In this document: positions 10,981-22,789 of the stretch, one piece after another | Layout: each line of letters opens with the position of its first letter | Position numbering within the stretch: the stretch's first letter is position 1 | Translations under genes and position numbers: made by a program | Assembly (NCBI RefSeq): GCF_963921235.1 | Contig: NC_086097.1 | Location: 218,242,001 to 218,306,000 of the forward strand | Direction of reading: 5' to 3' | DNA from: Mobula hypostoma | Taxonomy: Eukaryota | DNA length: 64,000 nucleotides | The notes under the pieces: model-generated | What the model was told of the DNA's origin: nothing | Database searches by the model: none | What the model saw: only the letters and a program-made list of their open reading frames with translations

Positions 10981-13900
10981 ATGGCTAATTTATTGAATTT
11001 TTTGAGTTTTAATGTTAATGGGCTTAATGGACCAGTGAAAAGAAAAAGAATCTTAACACATATTAAGAAAATGAAGATAGATTTAGCCTTTTTACAGGAA
11101 ACGCATTTAACAGAAACAGAACATCAGAAGCTAAAGAGAGATTGGGTGGGTAGTGTTGTTGCGGCTTCATTTAATTCAAAAGCGAGGGGAGTAGCAATTG
11201 TGATCAATAAAACGTTACCAATTAGAATACAAAATGTAATAACCGATTTTGCGGGGAGATATGTGATTATACATTGTCAACTTTTCTCTGAATTATGGAC
11301 ATTTATGAATATTTATGCACCAAATGAAAATGATGTAAAATTCATACAAGAAGCTTTTTTGAATTTGGCGGATGCACATGAAAAAATATTAATTGGAGGA
11401 GACTTTAATTTTTGCTTAGACCCAATCTTAGATAGATCAACTAAGGCTATTATAAAATCCAAGGTAGTAAATCTAACTTTATCATTGATGAAAGGTTTAA
11501 ATTTGATTGATATATGGAGAAGAATCAATCCTAAAGAAAGAGACTATTCGTTCTATTCTCATAGACATAAAACTTACTCAAGGATAGATTTTTTCCTATT
11601 ATCAATGCATATTCAACAGAGTGAAAAATATGGAATATAAAGCAAGAATACTGTCAGATCATTCTCCTTTATTAATGACAATAATAATGACTGATAAGGA
11701 AGAAGTGGCTTATAGATGGAGATTTAATTCAACATTATTAAAACGTCAAGATTTTTGTGATTTTATGAAAAAGCAGATCCAGTTTTTTTTTGGATACAAA
11801 TTTTCATTCAGTGGATGATAAATTTATATTATGGGATGCGATGAAAGCATATTTGAGGGGCCAGATAATAAGTTATACGTCTAAAATTAAGAAAGAATAT
11901 ATGGCAGAATTAGATCAATTGGAAAAAGAGATTACAAAGTTAGAAAAAGAATCTCAAAGATATATGTCGGAAGAAAAATGAAGGCAACTTGTCAATAAGT
12001 TACAATATAATACGCTTCAGACATATAGAATGGAAAAAGCAATTATAAGAACTAAGCAAAGGTATTATGAGTTAGGTGAGAGAGCACATAAAATTCTTGC
12101 CTGGCAGTTGAAAACAGAACAAGCTTCCAAAACAATAAATGCAATTAGAACAAGCGCAAATAAAATATCTTATTTTTATATTTTAAAATATCTCTTGGAA
12201 TAAGTGAAACCTTTAAAAGTTTCTATTCTGAACTATATCAATCAGAATCACAAAATGATGTTAATGAGATAGAAAGGTTTTTATCACAAGTAACTCTTCC
12301 AAAATTGAATTCGGAAGAACAGAAGGGATTAGATATGCCTTTTACATTAAAAGAAGTTGAAGAAGCTTTAGGATCACTTCAAAGTAATAAATCTCCAGGA
12401 GAAGATGGTTTTCCACCTGAATTTTATAAAAAGTTTAAAGATTTATCTCTTTATGGAGTTAATACGTCAAGCAGAAAAAACACATAAACTCCCAGAATCT
12501 TTTTCAACAGCGATTGTAATAGTATTGCCAAAAAAAGACAGAGACCCTATGAAACCAACATCATCCAGGCCTATTTCTTTATTGAATGCGGATTATAAAA
12601 TAATAGCAAAAATTTTAATTGAATAGATTATCTAAATACTTACCAAAATTAATACATATGGATCAAACAGGATTTATTAAAAATAGACAATTGGCAGATA
12701 ATGTAACTCGGCTACTCAGTATAATTCATTTGGCACAAAAAAGGGATGAGAAGAGTATAGTAGTAGCCTTGGATGCAGAAAAAGCATTTGATAGATTAGA
12801 ATGGGATTTTTTATTTAAAGTATTAGAAGAATATGGGTTAGGAACATCTTTTATAAATTGGATTAAAATTTTAAATTCTAACCCTAAGGCTAAAGTAGTG
12901 ACAAACTCTCAAATTTCAACACCATTCCAGTTAAAAAGGTCAACTAGACAAGGTTGTCCATTATCACCTGCTTTATTTGTACTGGCGATAGAGCCATTAG
13001 CAGAACTAATCAGAATTGATCCAGATATTATGGGTTTTAGAGTTAATCAGGAGGAATATAAAATTAATCTTTTTGCCGATGATGTTTTGATTTACTTAAA
13101 CCCACAACATTCGTTTCATAAATTATCTTCTAGATTGGATGAATATGGGAAGGTATCAGGTTATAAAATAAATTGGGATAGAAGTGAAATTTTACCTCTT
13201 ACTAAAGGAGACCATAGTCAATGTCGGTTAGCAACCCAATTTAGATGGCCGGTATATGGTATAAAGTATTTAGGTATAAGACTTGATAATGACGTAAAGA
13301 ATTTATATAAATTTAATTATTTACCACTATTGAAAAAAATTCAAGAAGATCTTGACAAATGGATGATACTACCAATAACATTAGTAGGTAGAGTCAATGT
13401 TGTAAAAATGAACATATTTCCTAGATTACAGTATTTGTTTCAAACATTACCAATACAATTGCCACAGAAATTTTTTCAAGAGTTAAATAAATGTATGAGA
13501 AAATTTCTTTGGAAAGGTAAAATGTCAAAATATCATTGGAAAAATTGACATGTAAATTTGAGTTAGGAGGGCTACAACTTCCAAACTTTAAGAATTATTA
13601 TAAAGCAAATCAACTTAGATTTATTGCATCCTTCTTCGATGATCGAAAACCAGCATGGATTAAAATAGAATTAGACAAGATAGGAGAAAATAGACCTGAA
13701 GATTTTATATATAAATGGGAATCTAAATGGATACGGGAAAAGAAAGAATCTCCTATATTAACACATTTAATTGATCTATGGAATAAGATAAATGCTGATA
13801 ATGAAATACAGAAATCTTTATTAGCAAGGAGACCTTTGTTCCAAAACAGACTTATTCCTTTTACAATGGACAATCAACTTTTATATAATTGGTACCAAAA

Positions 13901-14749
13901 AGGGATTAAATCTATAGGAGATTGTTATGAACGAGGTATATTGATGTCATTTGAACAACTAAAGGATAAATATAAAATATCAAATAACACTTTCTTTTGT
14001 TACCTTCAATTAAGGGCTTACTTAAAAGGTAAGCTGGGTCAAACAATGTTTTTGCCAAAACCTAATGAAATTGAAACTTTAATTCAAAAAGGGAAAATTT
14101 AAAAATTTATTTCTTATATGCATAATTTGATTCAAAAACAGACAATTAAACAAGGAATCCATAAGTCAAAACAAAAATGGGAAACAGATCTGAATATTAA
14201 TATTGATGAAACAAATTGGTCAAGACTCTGTCTTGACAGTATGACAAATACAATAAATGTTCGACTTAGATTAGTACAATATAATTTTTTTACACCAATT
14301 ATATATTACACCACAAAAAATAAATAGATTAAATTCAAATCTATCCGATAAATGCTTTCGGTGTAATCAAGAAATTGGTACTTTCTTACATTCTACTTGG
14401 TCTTGTTTTAAAATTCAACCCTTTTGGATAAATTTAAGAGTCTTATTGGAACAAATTACTGGAACTCAACTTCCACATAACCCTGTATTATTTCTATTAG
14501 GTGATATTGAAGGGATAAAGCCGAAACTTAAATTGAATAAATATCAGAAAGAATTTATAAAAATTGCATTGGCAGTAGCTAAGAAGACTATAGTGGAAAT
14601 CTGATTCGTGTTTAAGTATGAATCATTGGAATAATGAAATGGCTAGTTCTATTCCACTCGAAAAAATTACTTATAATTTAAGAGATAAATATGTAACATT
14701 TTTGAATATTTGGCGCCCTTATTTACAAAAGATAGGATGGCATATTTAA
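10981..14749 (+). pseudogene. L1 ORF2p (APE endonuclease, RT, CCHC), several frameshifts and stops
   Basis: SFNVNGLN, LQETH, GGDFN, SRIDFF, SDHSP; LDAEKAFD, QGCPLSP, LFADD; C.RC...H..W.C near 14350-14410. Confidence 0.95.
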
Positions 14750-15184
14750 GTGCTCCGATAAAGATCTTGGTCCCTTGGGGAAAGTAACGCATAAGTATAC
14801 CAAATTTATTTTGAATTCCATGGAGCATGTGGAAACCTTCCAACACCCAGGCGGTTCTTTTTTTTTCTTCTTTCTTTTTTAGGTAGGACTATATATGGGG
14901 GGGGGAGGGTAGATACTACCTTTTCATGTATTCATTTTGAAAATTCAATAAAAATATTAAAAAAAAGGAAAGCCCCATACAATTGAAGAACTGATTCTGC
15001 CAGTACTAAGCAAAGTTCTGAGTATGGTTTTGATGGGAATAGTTGAAATGTCTTAGAATATGGTAGTCACATTGTGCAACATACTCACAGCAACAGAATT
15101 TGCTCTGCAGTTGGTTGAGTCAACTTTGCCAGACCACAAATCTTTGCAAGTGAACAAGAAACAGATATGAAAGGAGAGCTTATA

Positions 15185-16023
15185 CAGGTGCACATTCCTT
15201 TATCCGAAACTCTGAAACCCAAAAAGCTCCAAAAACTGAAGTTTTTTTTCGCCAACAGCTGATGTCACTCAGGTGTGACATGGCAGCACTAGCAGAGGCC
15301 GTCAGACGTCAGTTGTGGCTCAGCACTCGTACTGGCTACACGTGCATTTGCCGTTTGCTGATATCTTGTGTTCACTGTTAACTGTGTTTAATTTCACTGT
15401 GAAAATGTCAAAAAGAGCTGCAGATACCCCTATGGGTAACAATGAGAAAAAGAGAAGGAATCTTCTCTATGAATAACACAGAAAGTGGAGTTATTGCAGA
15501 AGCTTGATCGTGGTGTGTCTGTGTGGCGTCTTACTGAAGAAAATAGTGTCAGATCTACCACTGTATATGATTTAAATAAACATAAGACAAGTTACTGAAG
15601 TTTTATAGTGACAGTGACGTTCTACATTTATTCCAATAAGTCATTTACCATGTGTTTGATTTGGTTCATTTGAAGTTGTATATTTTTATGTTTTATTGAA
15701 TGTTTTTGTTGGAAATAAAATTTCTTCTTGCCATTATTCATTATACCCTAAACAATACAGTATAACAATAATTTACATAGCATTTACATTGTATTAGGTA
15801 TAAGTAATCTAGAGATGATTTAAAGTATACGGGAGGATATGCGTAGGTTTGGTGTGCCGCTGGGTCTTAAAGTCCACAGCACTGAGACAGGTTAAATAAG
15901 GGACTTGAGCATACGTGTTTTTTGGTATCGGTGGGGCGGGGCGGGGGGGTCTGGAATCCAAAAAATTCAGAATTCTGAAATGTAACTGGCCCCAAGGATT
16001 TCAGATAAGGGACTGTGGACCTG
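15185..16023 (+). mobile_element. Tigger/pogo non-autonomous element (Tigger4/MER46-like ends, Jerky-like N-terminal remnant, MER2-like segment)
   Basis: TA TSDs at 15183-15184 and 16024-16025; 25-bp TIRs CAGGTGCACATTCCTTTATCCGAAA and CAGGTCCACAGTCCCTTATCTGAAA (reverse complement); MSKRAADTPMGNNEKKRR...QKVELLQKLDRGVSV from about 15404; the hAT frame resumes across it. Confidence 0.88.
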
Positions 16024-16245
16024 TATTTCAAGTTGTTGAGCAATTTTTCAAAGAAAAGGACATTCTGCTCACCAACATTCTTGCCTGTGCAATAGATGGG
16101 CACCATCAATGATAGGACACCATCATTAGGTTACTACTTTCCTGAAAAAAGCTGTATTTATCATTCACTGTGTAATTCACAGATAACATTGTATCACTAA
16201 AAAAAACTTGTGATCGGGCTGCGCAAATCATTAAATACTGTAATC

Positions 16246-16466
16246 TAAAAATTAAAGGCATCCGTTAGTCTTCACTCTCCAGAGCGCAGGCCTGGGCAAG
16301 GTTGTATGGAAGACCAGCAGGTGTCCATGCTGCAAGTCTCCCCTGTTGTCCAAGGGAAGGGCATTAAGTGCCTTGCTCAAGGACACAACACGTTGCCTCG
16401 GCTGGGGCTCGAACTCACGACCTTCAGGTCGCTAGTCCAATGCCTTAACCACTTGGCCACATGCCC
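16246..16466 (-). mobile_element. tRNA-derived SINE (internally deleted copy)
   Basis: A box TGGCCAAGTGG and B box GAGTTCGAGCC on the minus strand; TSD atac(t/c)gtaatc at 16235-16245 and 16467-16477; same family as 51070-51378. Confidence 0.85.
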
Positions 16467-18406
16467 ATACCGTAATCATAGCAGTAAATAAAATTAAGTC
16501 TTATTGTCTCTCAATTCTCGACTATTTCAAGGGCTTTGTATTGGGAATGATGAACAGTTTGAGTGGTTACTGTTGCACATAGAAGTCAGATGGCTCTCAA
16601 AAGGAAACTGCCTGAGATGCTTTTATGCACTCTTTGAAACTGTGATAAAAATTTTGAAGACTCGAATGGTAATCGGTAATCAATTCAAGAATACTAGGCA
16701 TGGCATTGCTTATTTGTCAGAATTATTTAGAAAGTTTAATTAAATCAATCCTCAATTGCAAAGAAACGATATAAATCTTATAAAAATTTCCATCTGTCAT
16801 CTCCACATCTCTGTCCAAATTAACCCTATTTAAGTACAACATTGGCCATCGCGACCTTTTTTCATTTCTGACCTTCTGAGTTGGAACAGAAAGAAAAAAA
16901 AAATACCAGATGAATATCTACTGGTATATTGTGCACACCTAGGTGATCTGCATAAAGTCATATTAAAGAGATTTCAGGATTTTCTCTGATCCAAATTTCA
17001 GATTGAGTAATAAATTCCTAAACACTTGCAATGAGGATGGAAGAAGAATTGATCTTAGAAGGATGGAGGAAGAACTGATCTTATTACAAAATGACTTTGA
17101 GCTGTAGCTAAGGTTAAAAAAAAGTCATATCATGACTTTTTGCTGCAGAAAGAAATCTCTGAATGCTATCCTGCTCTGTGGAAAAAGGTGAAGATATTCT
17201 TTATTGGTTCTCATATTAGAAGTTCTAACTTCTGAATGTTAATCATACTTCTTGAAGATGGTCACTGCACTCATGACTTCACTCTTGCTAAATGAGCTTT
17301 TGCAGGGTGGGACATCTGTAATGATCAAGCAATGCACCACTGCTGAGGTACTTCTTGCAGATTTCCAAGATCGTTTATTGGTGCAGATCCATTTAATATC
17401 TTCAAGAGATAACGAAGGAGCTACAGCTGCATACCTGAAATCAGGCAAGACCTTTCCCCGAGTACTTTATTTCACCTGAAACTTAAGAATTCTGAAAACA
17501 CTGGCAAGTATCTTTGTCTTTATGCAGTCTTGATTTCTCCTTGAGAGGCTATAAACATTACCCACCTACTGAGACCCAGTAGACCACTTATTTTTAAATA
17601 AGAAGAGCACATACTCTGTTTAAGTATTGTGCTTATAAACTCTACAGAAAGTGTTCAGTATCATGAGGTTTTCTTACACTGTAGCAGTAAAAAATGAAGG
17701 ATTGTCTCGTTTACAGAAGACGCTACAAATATCAGATTTACTGTGGCCAGAAATATCTTTGCAACTAACTTGACTCCATAAAATAGCTTGTTCTTTTTTA
17801 AACCTATGCTTGCTCATGTTTATTTATTATCAGGAAGTGGTGACTTCGTGCAATCAAAATCAGTCACATGCAAAAATCTCATTTGGGAAAGGGTTTGATT
17901 ATAACTTTATAACCATAACCCAGTCTATGTGGTCCACTTTTGTGGCCACATAATAGAGGCACCCATTCACTAGAGGCGGTCTTCGCTAGCAGGTCATTTT
18001 TTTTCTAGTTTGGTTAGGTTCTCTTCCACTAGCATTTTTGAGTACAGAACTGAACATGAATCAGAGGGCGTGGACTTAGCTGTTAGCTTGATTTCAAACT
18101 CTTCCCAGACGAGAACATTGAAGAAACTGTTGTCACATCTTACCAACTAGTCACCCAGCTGCTAAGTTGCTATCATGCTGTCAAGCTTGAACAGATTTGC
18201 TAAGACTCCAATGCATCTTTAATGACTTTCATCAAAGCCTTGAACAGCAAACAAGATCAGCTTACAGAAATGGCAGTAACTAAAGGGAGTGGGAGTTGAG
18301 GGCCTTTTTCTTCACTGTACCCTCCATTTTACCTGGAACATCCAAGTGCTCACCTGAAGATTGCGTAAATGTGCAATTTTAACTATACATGTTCAAAGCA
18401 CTGTGA

Positions 18407-18439
18407 TCATGAGTCCTCCACTTCTCTTTTATCATTAAC
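18407..18439 (-). CDS. Candidate last coding exon of an unidentified micro-exon gene (VNDKREVEDS*)
   Basis: Strong acceptor ggagttgttctttcag|G; in phase with the exon at 20696-20759. Confidence 0.35.
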   Translation of the reverse strand, partial: VNDKREVEDS

Positions 18440-19439
18440 CTGAAAGAACAACTCCATACTCTGTCTATTCCATGGGCTCTGCTCTGGAACCTATAACCCA
18501 AAATAAACCTCTCTGTTCTAACCAAGTGATGAATTAGTTTGTTTGTTTGTTTGAAATCCTCAGCTGCGTATCAAATGCTTGTTTTGGATGCCCCTGTGAA
18601 CCTAACCCCCAAACTCCCAACAATCCTAACATATCTGTCCTTAATATACAAAAAACAATACTGCCTCTGTGACCCAACACTGAGCATTGCCATGTTTTCT
18701 TGTGATCCCCAGCCACATTTTCCAATATTGGACAGAAGAAACAATGCTACCAGGTACCAAGCACACCAAGTATAAGACACAATCAATGATGTTGTTGCTA
18801 ACAAATGTGTTTTCAGTACATTAGTGGGTGTACAGTTCTAATAAGCGGTGTCTGTGTTTTTGATTGTATACTGCATAGTAATGCAGTATCTCAACAAGAT
18901 ACTGTAATTAGAACATTATTTATTATGCACAGAGTATATTCAGATAAAAAAATATTTTAGTAAAGCTTGCTTTACTAAGGCTATACTTGGTTTGTTTGCT
19001 AATCTAACAGTGGTACATTATATATCACTATACACTTTGTCATACCATCTCTTTAGTATTCTTAGAGATAAAATCATACACAAGACATGCAAATGTACCC
19101 TTGCAATAACAAGAGCTTAGGTAATGAAAACTGCCCTTAATGGAATTTCCAAACCACCTTCAAATAATAATAAAAATCACTCTTCTGCAATTTGTGTGAA
19201 GTACATGAATAAATGCAAAATATACACAGAGAATTCAACTAGTTTCACAAGGACAATAATTACATGCTGCCAGTTCACAAGTCTGATTTAAGGGATTTGC
19301 TTTTGAAACTGATAATGCAGCTTCTTCTCCTATACATACAACTTTCTGGTGTTGCTTCACAGAGGAAAGCCAGTTAACAGATCTGCTTTCGAAAGTGACA
19401 AGCTTCTATTGATACTTGTACAATATACTTTATCAAACT

Positions 19440-19950
19440 ATATAATGTTTATAAGGCACTGGTCAGACTGCACTTAAGATCATTGTGAGCAGTTTCAAGT
19501 CCCTTATCTAAGAAAGGATATGCCAGCATTTGAGAGAGTTCACAGGAGCTTCAAGAGATTGGAAGGGTTAATGTATGAGGAGCATGTGATGGCTTTGGGC
19601 CTGTACTCATTTGCATTTAGAAGAATTTGGTGAGGTGGGGCGGGGGAGAGAGAAATTGCATTGAAACCTATTGAATATTGAAGGACATCACTTTAGAACA
19701 GAGACGTGGTGGAATTTCTTAAACTAGGGAGTAGTGAATCTGGGGAATTCATTGCCACAGAAAGATGTGGAAGCCAAATCATTGGGTATATTTAAAGCGA
19801 AGGTAGATAGGTTCTTGATTAATCAGGGCATCAAAGGTACAGGGAGAATTCAGGAGAATGTGGTTGAGAGGGATAATAAATCTGCCATAATAGAATGGCA
19901 GAGCAAACTGAAGGGGCCAAGTGGCCGAATTCTGCTCCGGTCTTACAAGT
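19440..19950 (+). mobile_element. CR1 LINE 3' fragment
   Basis: LYKALVR.HL..C.QF..PYLRKD-like segment, N..NSLPQK.VEAKSLGIFKA.VDRFL and the CR1 3' UTR. Confidence 0.8.
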
Positions 19951-20695
19951 AATATTCATTTCTAGCAAATTAGAATAACAACCTTGTTCACACTGCCTGT
20001 AATACAACCAGAATGCTTTCACCTATAACCTGTGGGGACTAACTGTTTTCAAAAAATACTTCCTGTAGCAACACATCTCATAACATGGGATTTAATTAGA
20101 AAAGTGGGTTTATGGTACAGAAAATGGTGATACATAGTTTTGTAGGAACACACCCCCTCCATAATGCAGTACATCATGCCATGATAATCCACCATCACTG
20201 AGAAACGAAACAAAACGTAGCAGGCAATTCATCATCTCAACAGTCATGAACATCACTGCTTCATCAGTCAATGTGCAATGAACAGGACACAGTTTGTATC
20301 ATGGAGTTGCCGATTAGCTCGTGTATTTGAAAATCTTCGTAACATTTATTTATGAATAATCTGCCTTCTCCCTTCTGTCCCAGTAAAATCCCCAACACAA
20401 ACCCTATTTATCTAGGAAAATGAAATCAATCAAATAGTGCTAAACTGAATTGTGATACTTGCAAAGCTTGTTATATGTTTGGTTTCAGCATACTTTCATT
20501 TTTAAAAATCTGCAATAATACCAAAGCCTCATTCGAATGTAAAATAAAATCTGAATACCACTGTTCAAGAGACAACTAGGGTTCCTGAGTTCCACTACGG
20601 AAGCATACATCCCAACAAATATAGGCAACTTCTTTGACGTTTTGATTTAAATAAGAATCAGGGAGTTAAGATTTATCGGTGAATATGGCACTCAC

Positions 20696-20759
20696 CTTTG
20701 AGGCTCTTTGGAATAATGCTGGCCCAGGAGTAACAGCACTCCTGATATGTCTATATAAA
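20696..20759 (-). CDS. Candidate 64-nt exon (LYRHIRSAVTPGPALFQRASK)
   Basis: Acceptor gactttgctctctcag, donor AAG|gtgagt, lies in unique sequence, open frame compatible with its neighbours. Confidence 0.5.
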
Positions 20760-21274
20760 CTGAGAGAGCAAAGTCACAAATTTATGTAAACAATAGTTCT
20801 TCAATACAATACAGAATCTTTTACAATATTTCACCAATAATTAAAATTATCAACTAAGCGAAGATGGCTGCAGCCGATAGCTCAGAAGAAACCACAAGGA
20901 TTCTACTGCACTTAGACTTGCGCAAGGTCTGCCCAAAGTCCAGGATGTACTGAGTATAAAATGAACCCTTTGTGGAGCCAGGTGGTAAAGCCTAACTGAC
21001 AAAAGAAAAATCTCTTAGCAAAAGAGATTTGAGATGACACAGGGCTGCAGTTGATGAAATTTGATGGGAAAGGAAGATGTAGCATGGAATCTAAAAAAAG
21101 AGGTCGGGTGGGCTGATGGGAACAGTAGGGGGCGTGTCCCAGGAGGAGAAGTGTATGGTGACACACAGGTGGAGTTGGCAGAGGGGAAAAATATAGAGTT
21201 ATAGATATGTGGAATTGGGTAGATAAAGAGAAGACAGGAAAGGATCAGATGATCGGTACTCTTTCAAGACAAAC

Positions 21275-21946
21275 TAATTAGATTAGATTATGAGGACACT
21301 CAGTCCTCGTTTATAGTCATTTAGAAATGCATGCATTAAAAGATGATACAATGTTCCTCCAGAATGATATCACAGAAACACAGGACAAACCAAGACTAAA
21401 ACTGACAAAACCACATAATTATAACATATAGTTACAACAGTGCAAAGCAATACCGTAATTTGATGAAGAGCAGACCATGTGCAGGGTAAAAAAAAAGTCT
21501 CAAGTCCCGATAGCCCCATCATCTCACACAGACGGTAGAAGGGAGAAACTCTCCCTGCCATGAACCTCCAAACACCGCAAACTTGGCGTGCAGCACCATC
21601 GGAAGCACCCGACCGCAGCGGACTCTGAGTCCGTCCGAAAACTTCGAGCCTCTGGCCAGCCCTCCGATACCGAGCACCATCCTCTGCTGAGCACTTCGAC
21701 CCCGCCCCGGCTGCCGAGCAACAAGCAAAGCCGAGGACTCAGGGCCTTCCCCTCCGGAGATTCTGGATCACACAGTAGCAGCGGCAGTGAAGCAGACATT
21801 TCGGAGGTTTCACCAGATGTTCCTCCGTGCTCTCACATCTGCCTCCATCAAATCAGGATTGTGCACGGCACCCTACTTGACAGATAACAGACATCACCAC
21901 CGGAGTGGCCGCTGTGAGCTGTGTTGTGCTGCCATCTTCTCCTCCC
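21275..21946 (-). mobile_element. GC-rich non-autonomous retroposon-like repeat (about 670 bp)
   Basis: Minus strand starts ggaggagaagatggc, has a CpG-rich body with no recognisable coding motif, and ends with a short tandem tail (aatct)n. Confidence 0.5.
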
Positions 21947-22789
21947 GATGGCAGTAAAAGAGTCAAAAATGCTTCACCCAAACTTGGTGTGGTTACATGG
22001 TGAATAAAGTTGGAAAATATCCTAGGGCATTAGATATTTAGAACGAAAATAAAATGGAAAAGCAAGCAGGCTACCTCTGACAATAAAAGACAAGAGAGTA
22101 ATGGTGAAGGATGATCTTGGCCCAAAAGAATAGCAAGGAAGTATTTTAAAAGTAATACAATAATTATAAGGATTGTAGACAAATTGCAAATAGCAGCTTT
22201 GAAGACCAATTTATCGTGAATAGCCCCAGCACACCTTAAAAATGTGCAAGTAACAGGTTTAGAGGTAATCTCATCAAATAGGATTGATTAGTAATCTCAC
22301 ATTTACTCTCTGGGAAAAACAATCATAACAATAGAATTTTATATGCAACTCAATGATACAGTCAGAAGCTAGTGCCTTGGTCACAAATAAAATCTCAATT
22401 ATATGAGTGGTGAATACAGTAATTGAAAAATTAAACTGAAAAGTTTGTCAGTAGATAAACAATGGAAATCCCTAAACAAAGTTTCCAAAACATCAAATTT
22501 ATATTCAATAAAGAAATTAAAACTTTGTGTGAAAAGAGAACTGAGTAATGAAGCTTGACATTATGCTAAATGGAAAGCCTAATAATTTTGCCAAACGGAA
22601 CAGTAAATTCAGAGGGGGAGTGATTATGGAAGCAGCAGCAAATAAATAAAAAGGGAAAAGATTAAAATGTGAAAATACATCAGAAAGAAATATACAATGA
22701 TTTTCTATGACTGGAAATTGAAGACTGGATCAAAATATGAAGTAACCACAGAGACAAAAAAAATTGGCTGGGATGCTAAGTAAATGGAA

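Larger units (their letters stand above)
9250..14965 (+). mobile_element. Full-length L1-clade LINE (about 5.7 kb)
   Basis: 15-bp TSD aggaaagccccatac at 9235-9249 and 14966-14980; GC-rich 5' end, ORF1, ORF2, AATAAA plus an A tail. Confidence 0.97.
8230..17215 (+). mobile_element. hAT (Charlie/Buster-like) DNA transposon, decayed, interrupted by an L1, a Tigger MITE and a SINE
   Basis: Left terminus CAGTGCTTCCCAAA at about 8230; transposase pieces LKRIHSDKENK...LLAKSGKPHT | IEELILP, ACAIDG, LLHIEVRWLSKGNCL and YPALWKKVKIFFI; right TIR not seen. Confidence 0.85.

Noticed and set aside
16380..16466. tRNA-like sequence (also 51300-51375)
   Set aside because: SINE head with TSDs and a tail, not a stand-alone tRNA gene.
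17239..17479. Short ORFs on both strands in unique sequence
   Set aside because: No recognisable motif or convincing exon boundaries.
18957..18978. Short inverted repeat ttagtaaagc-tt-gctttactaa
   Set aside because: Too short and AT-rich to distinguish from chance.
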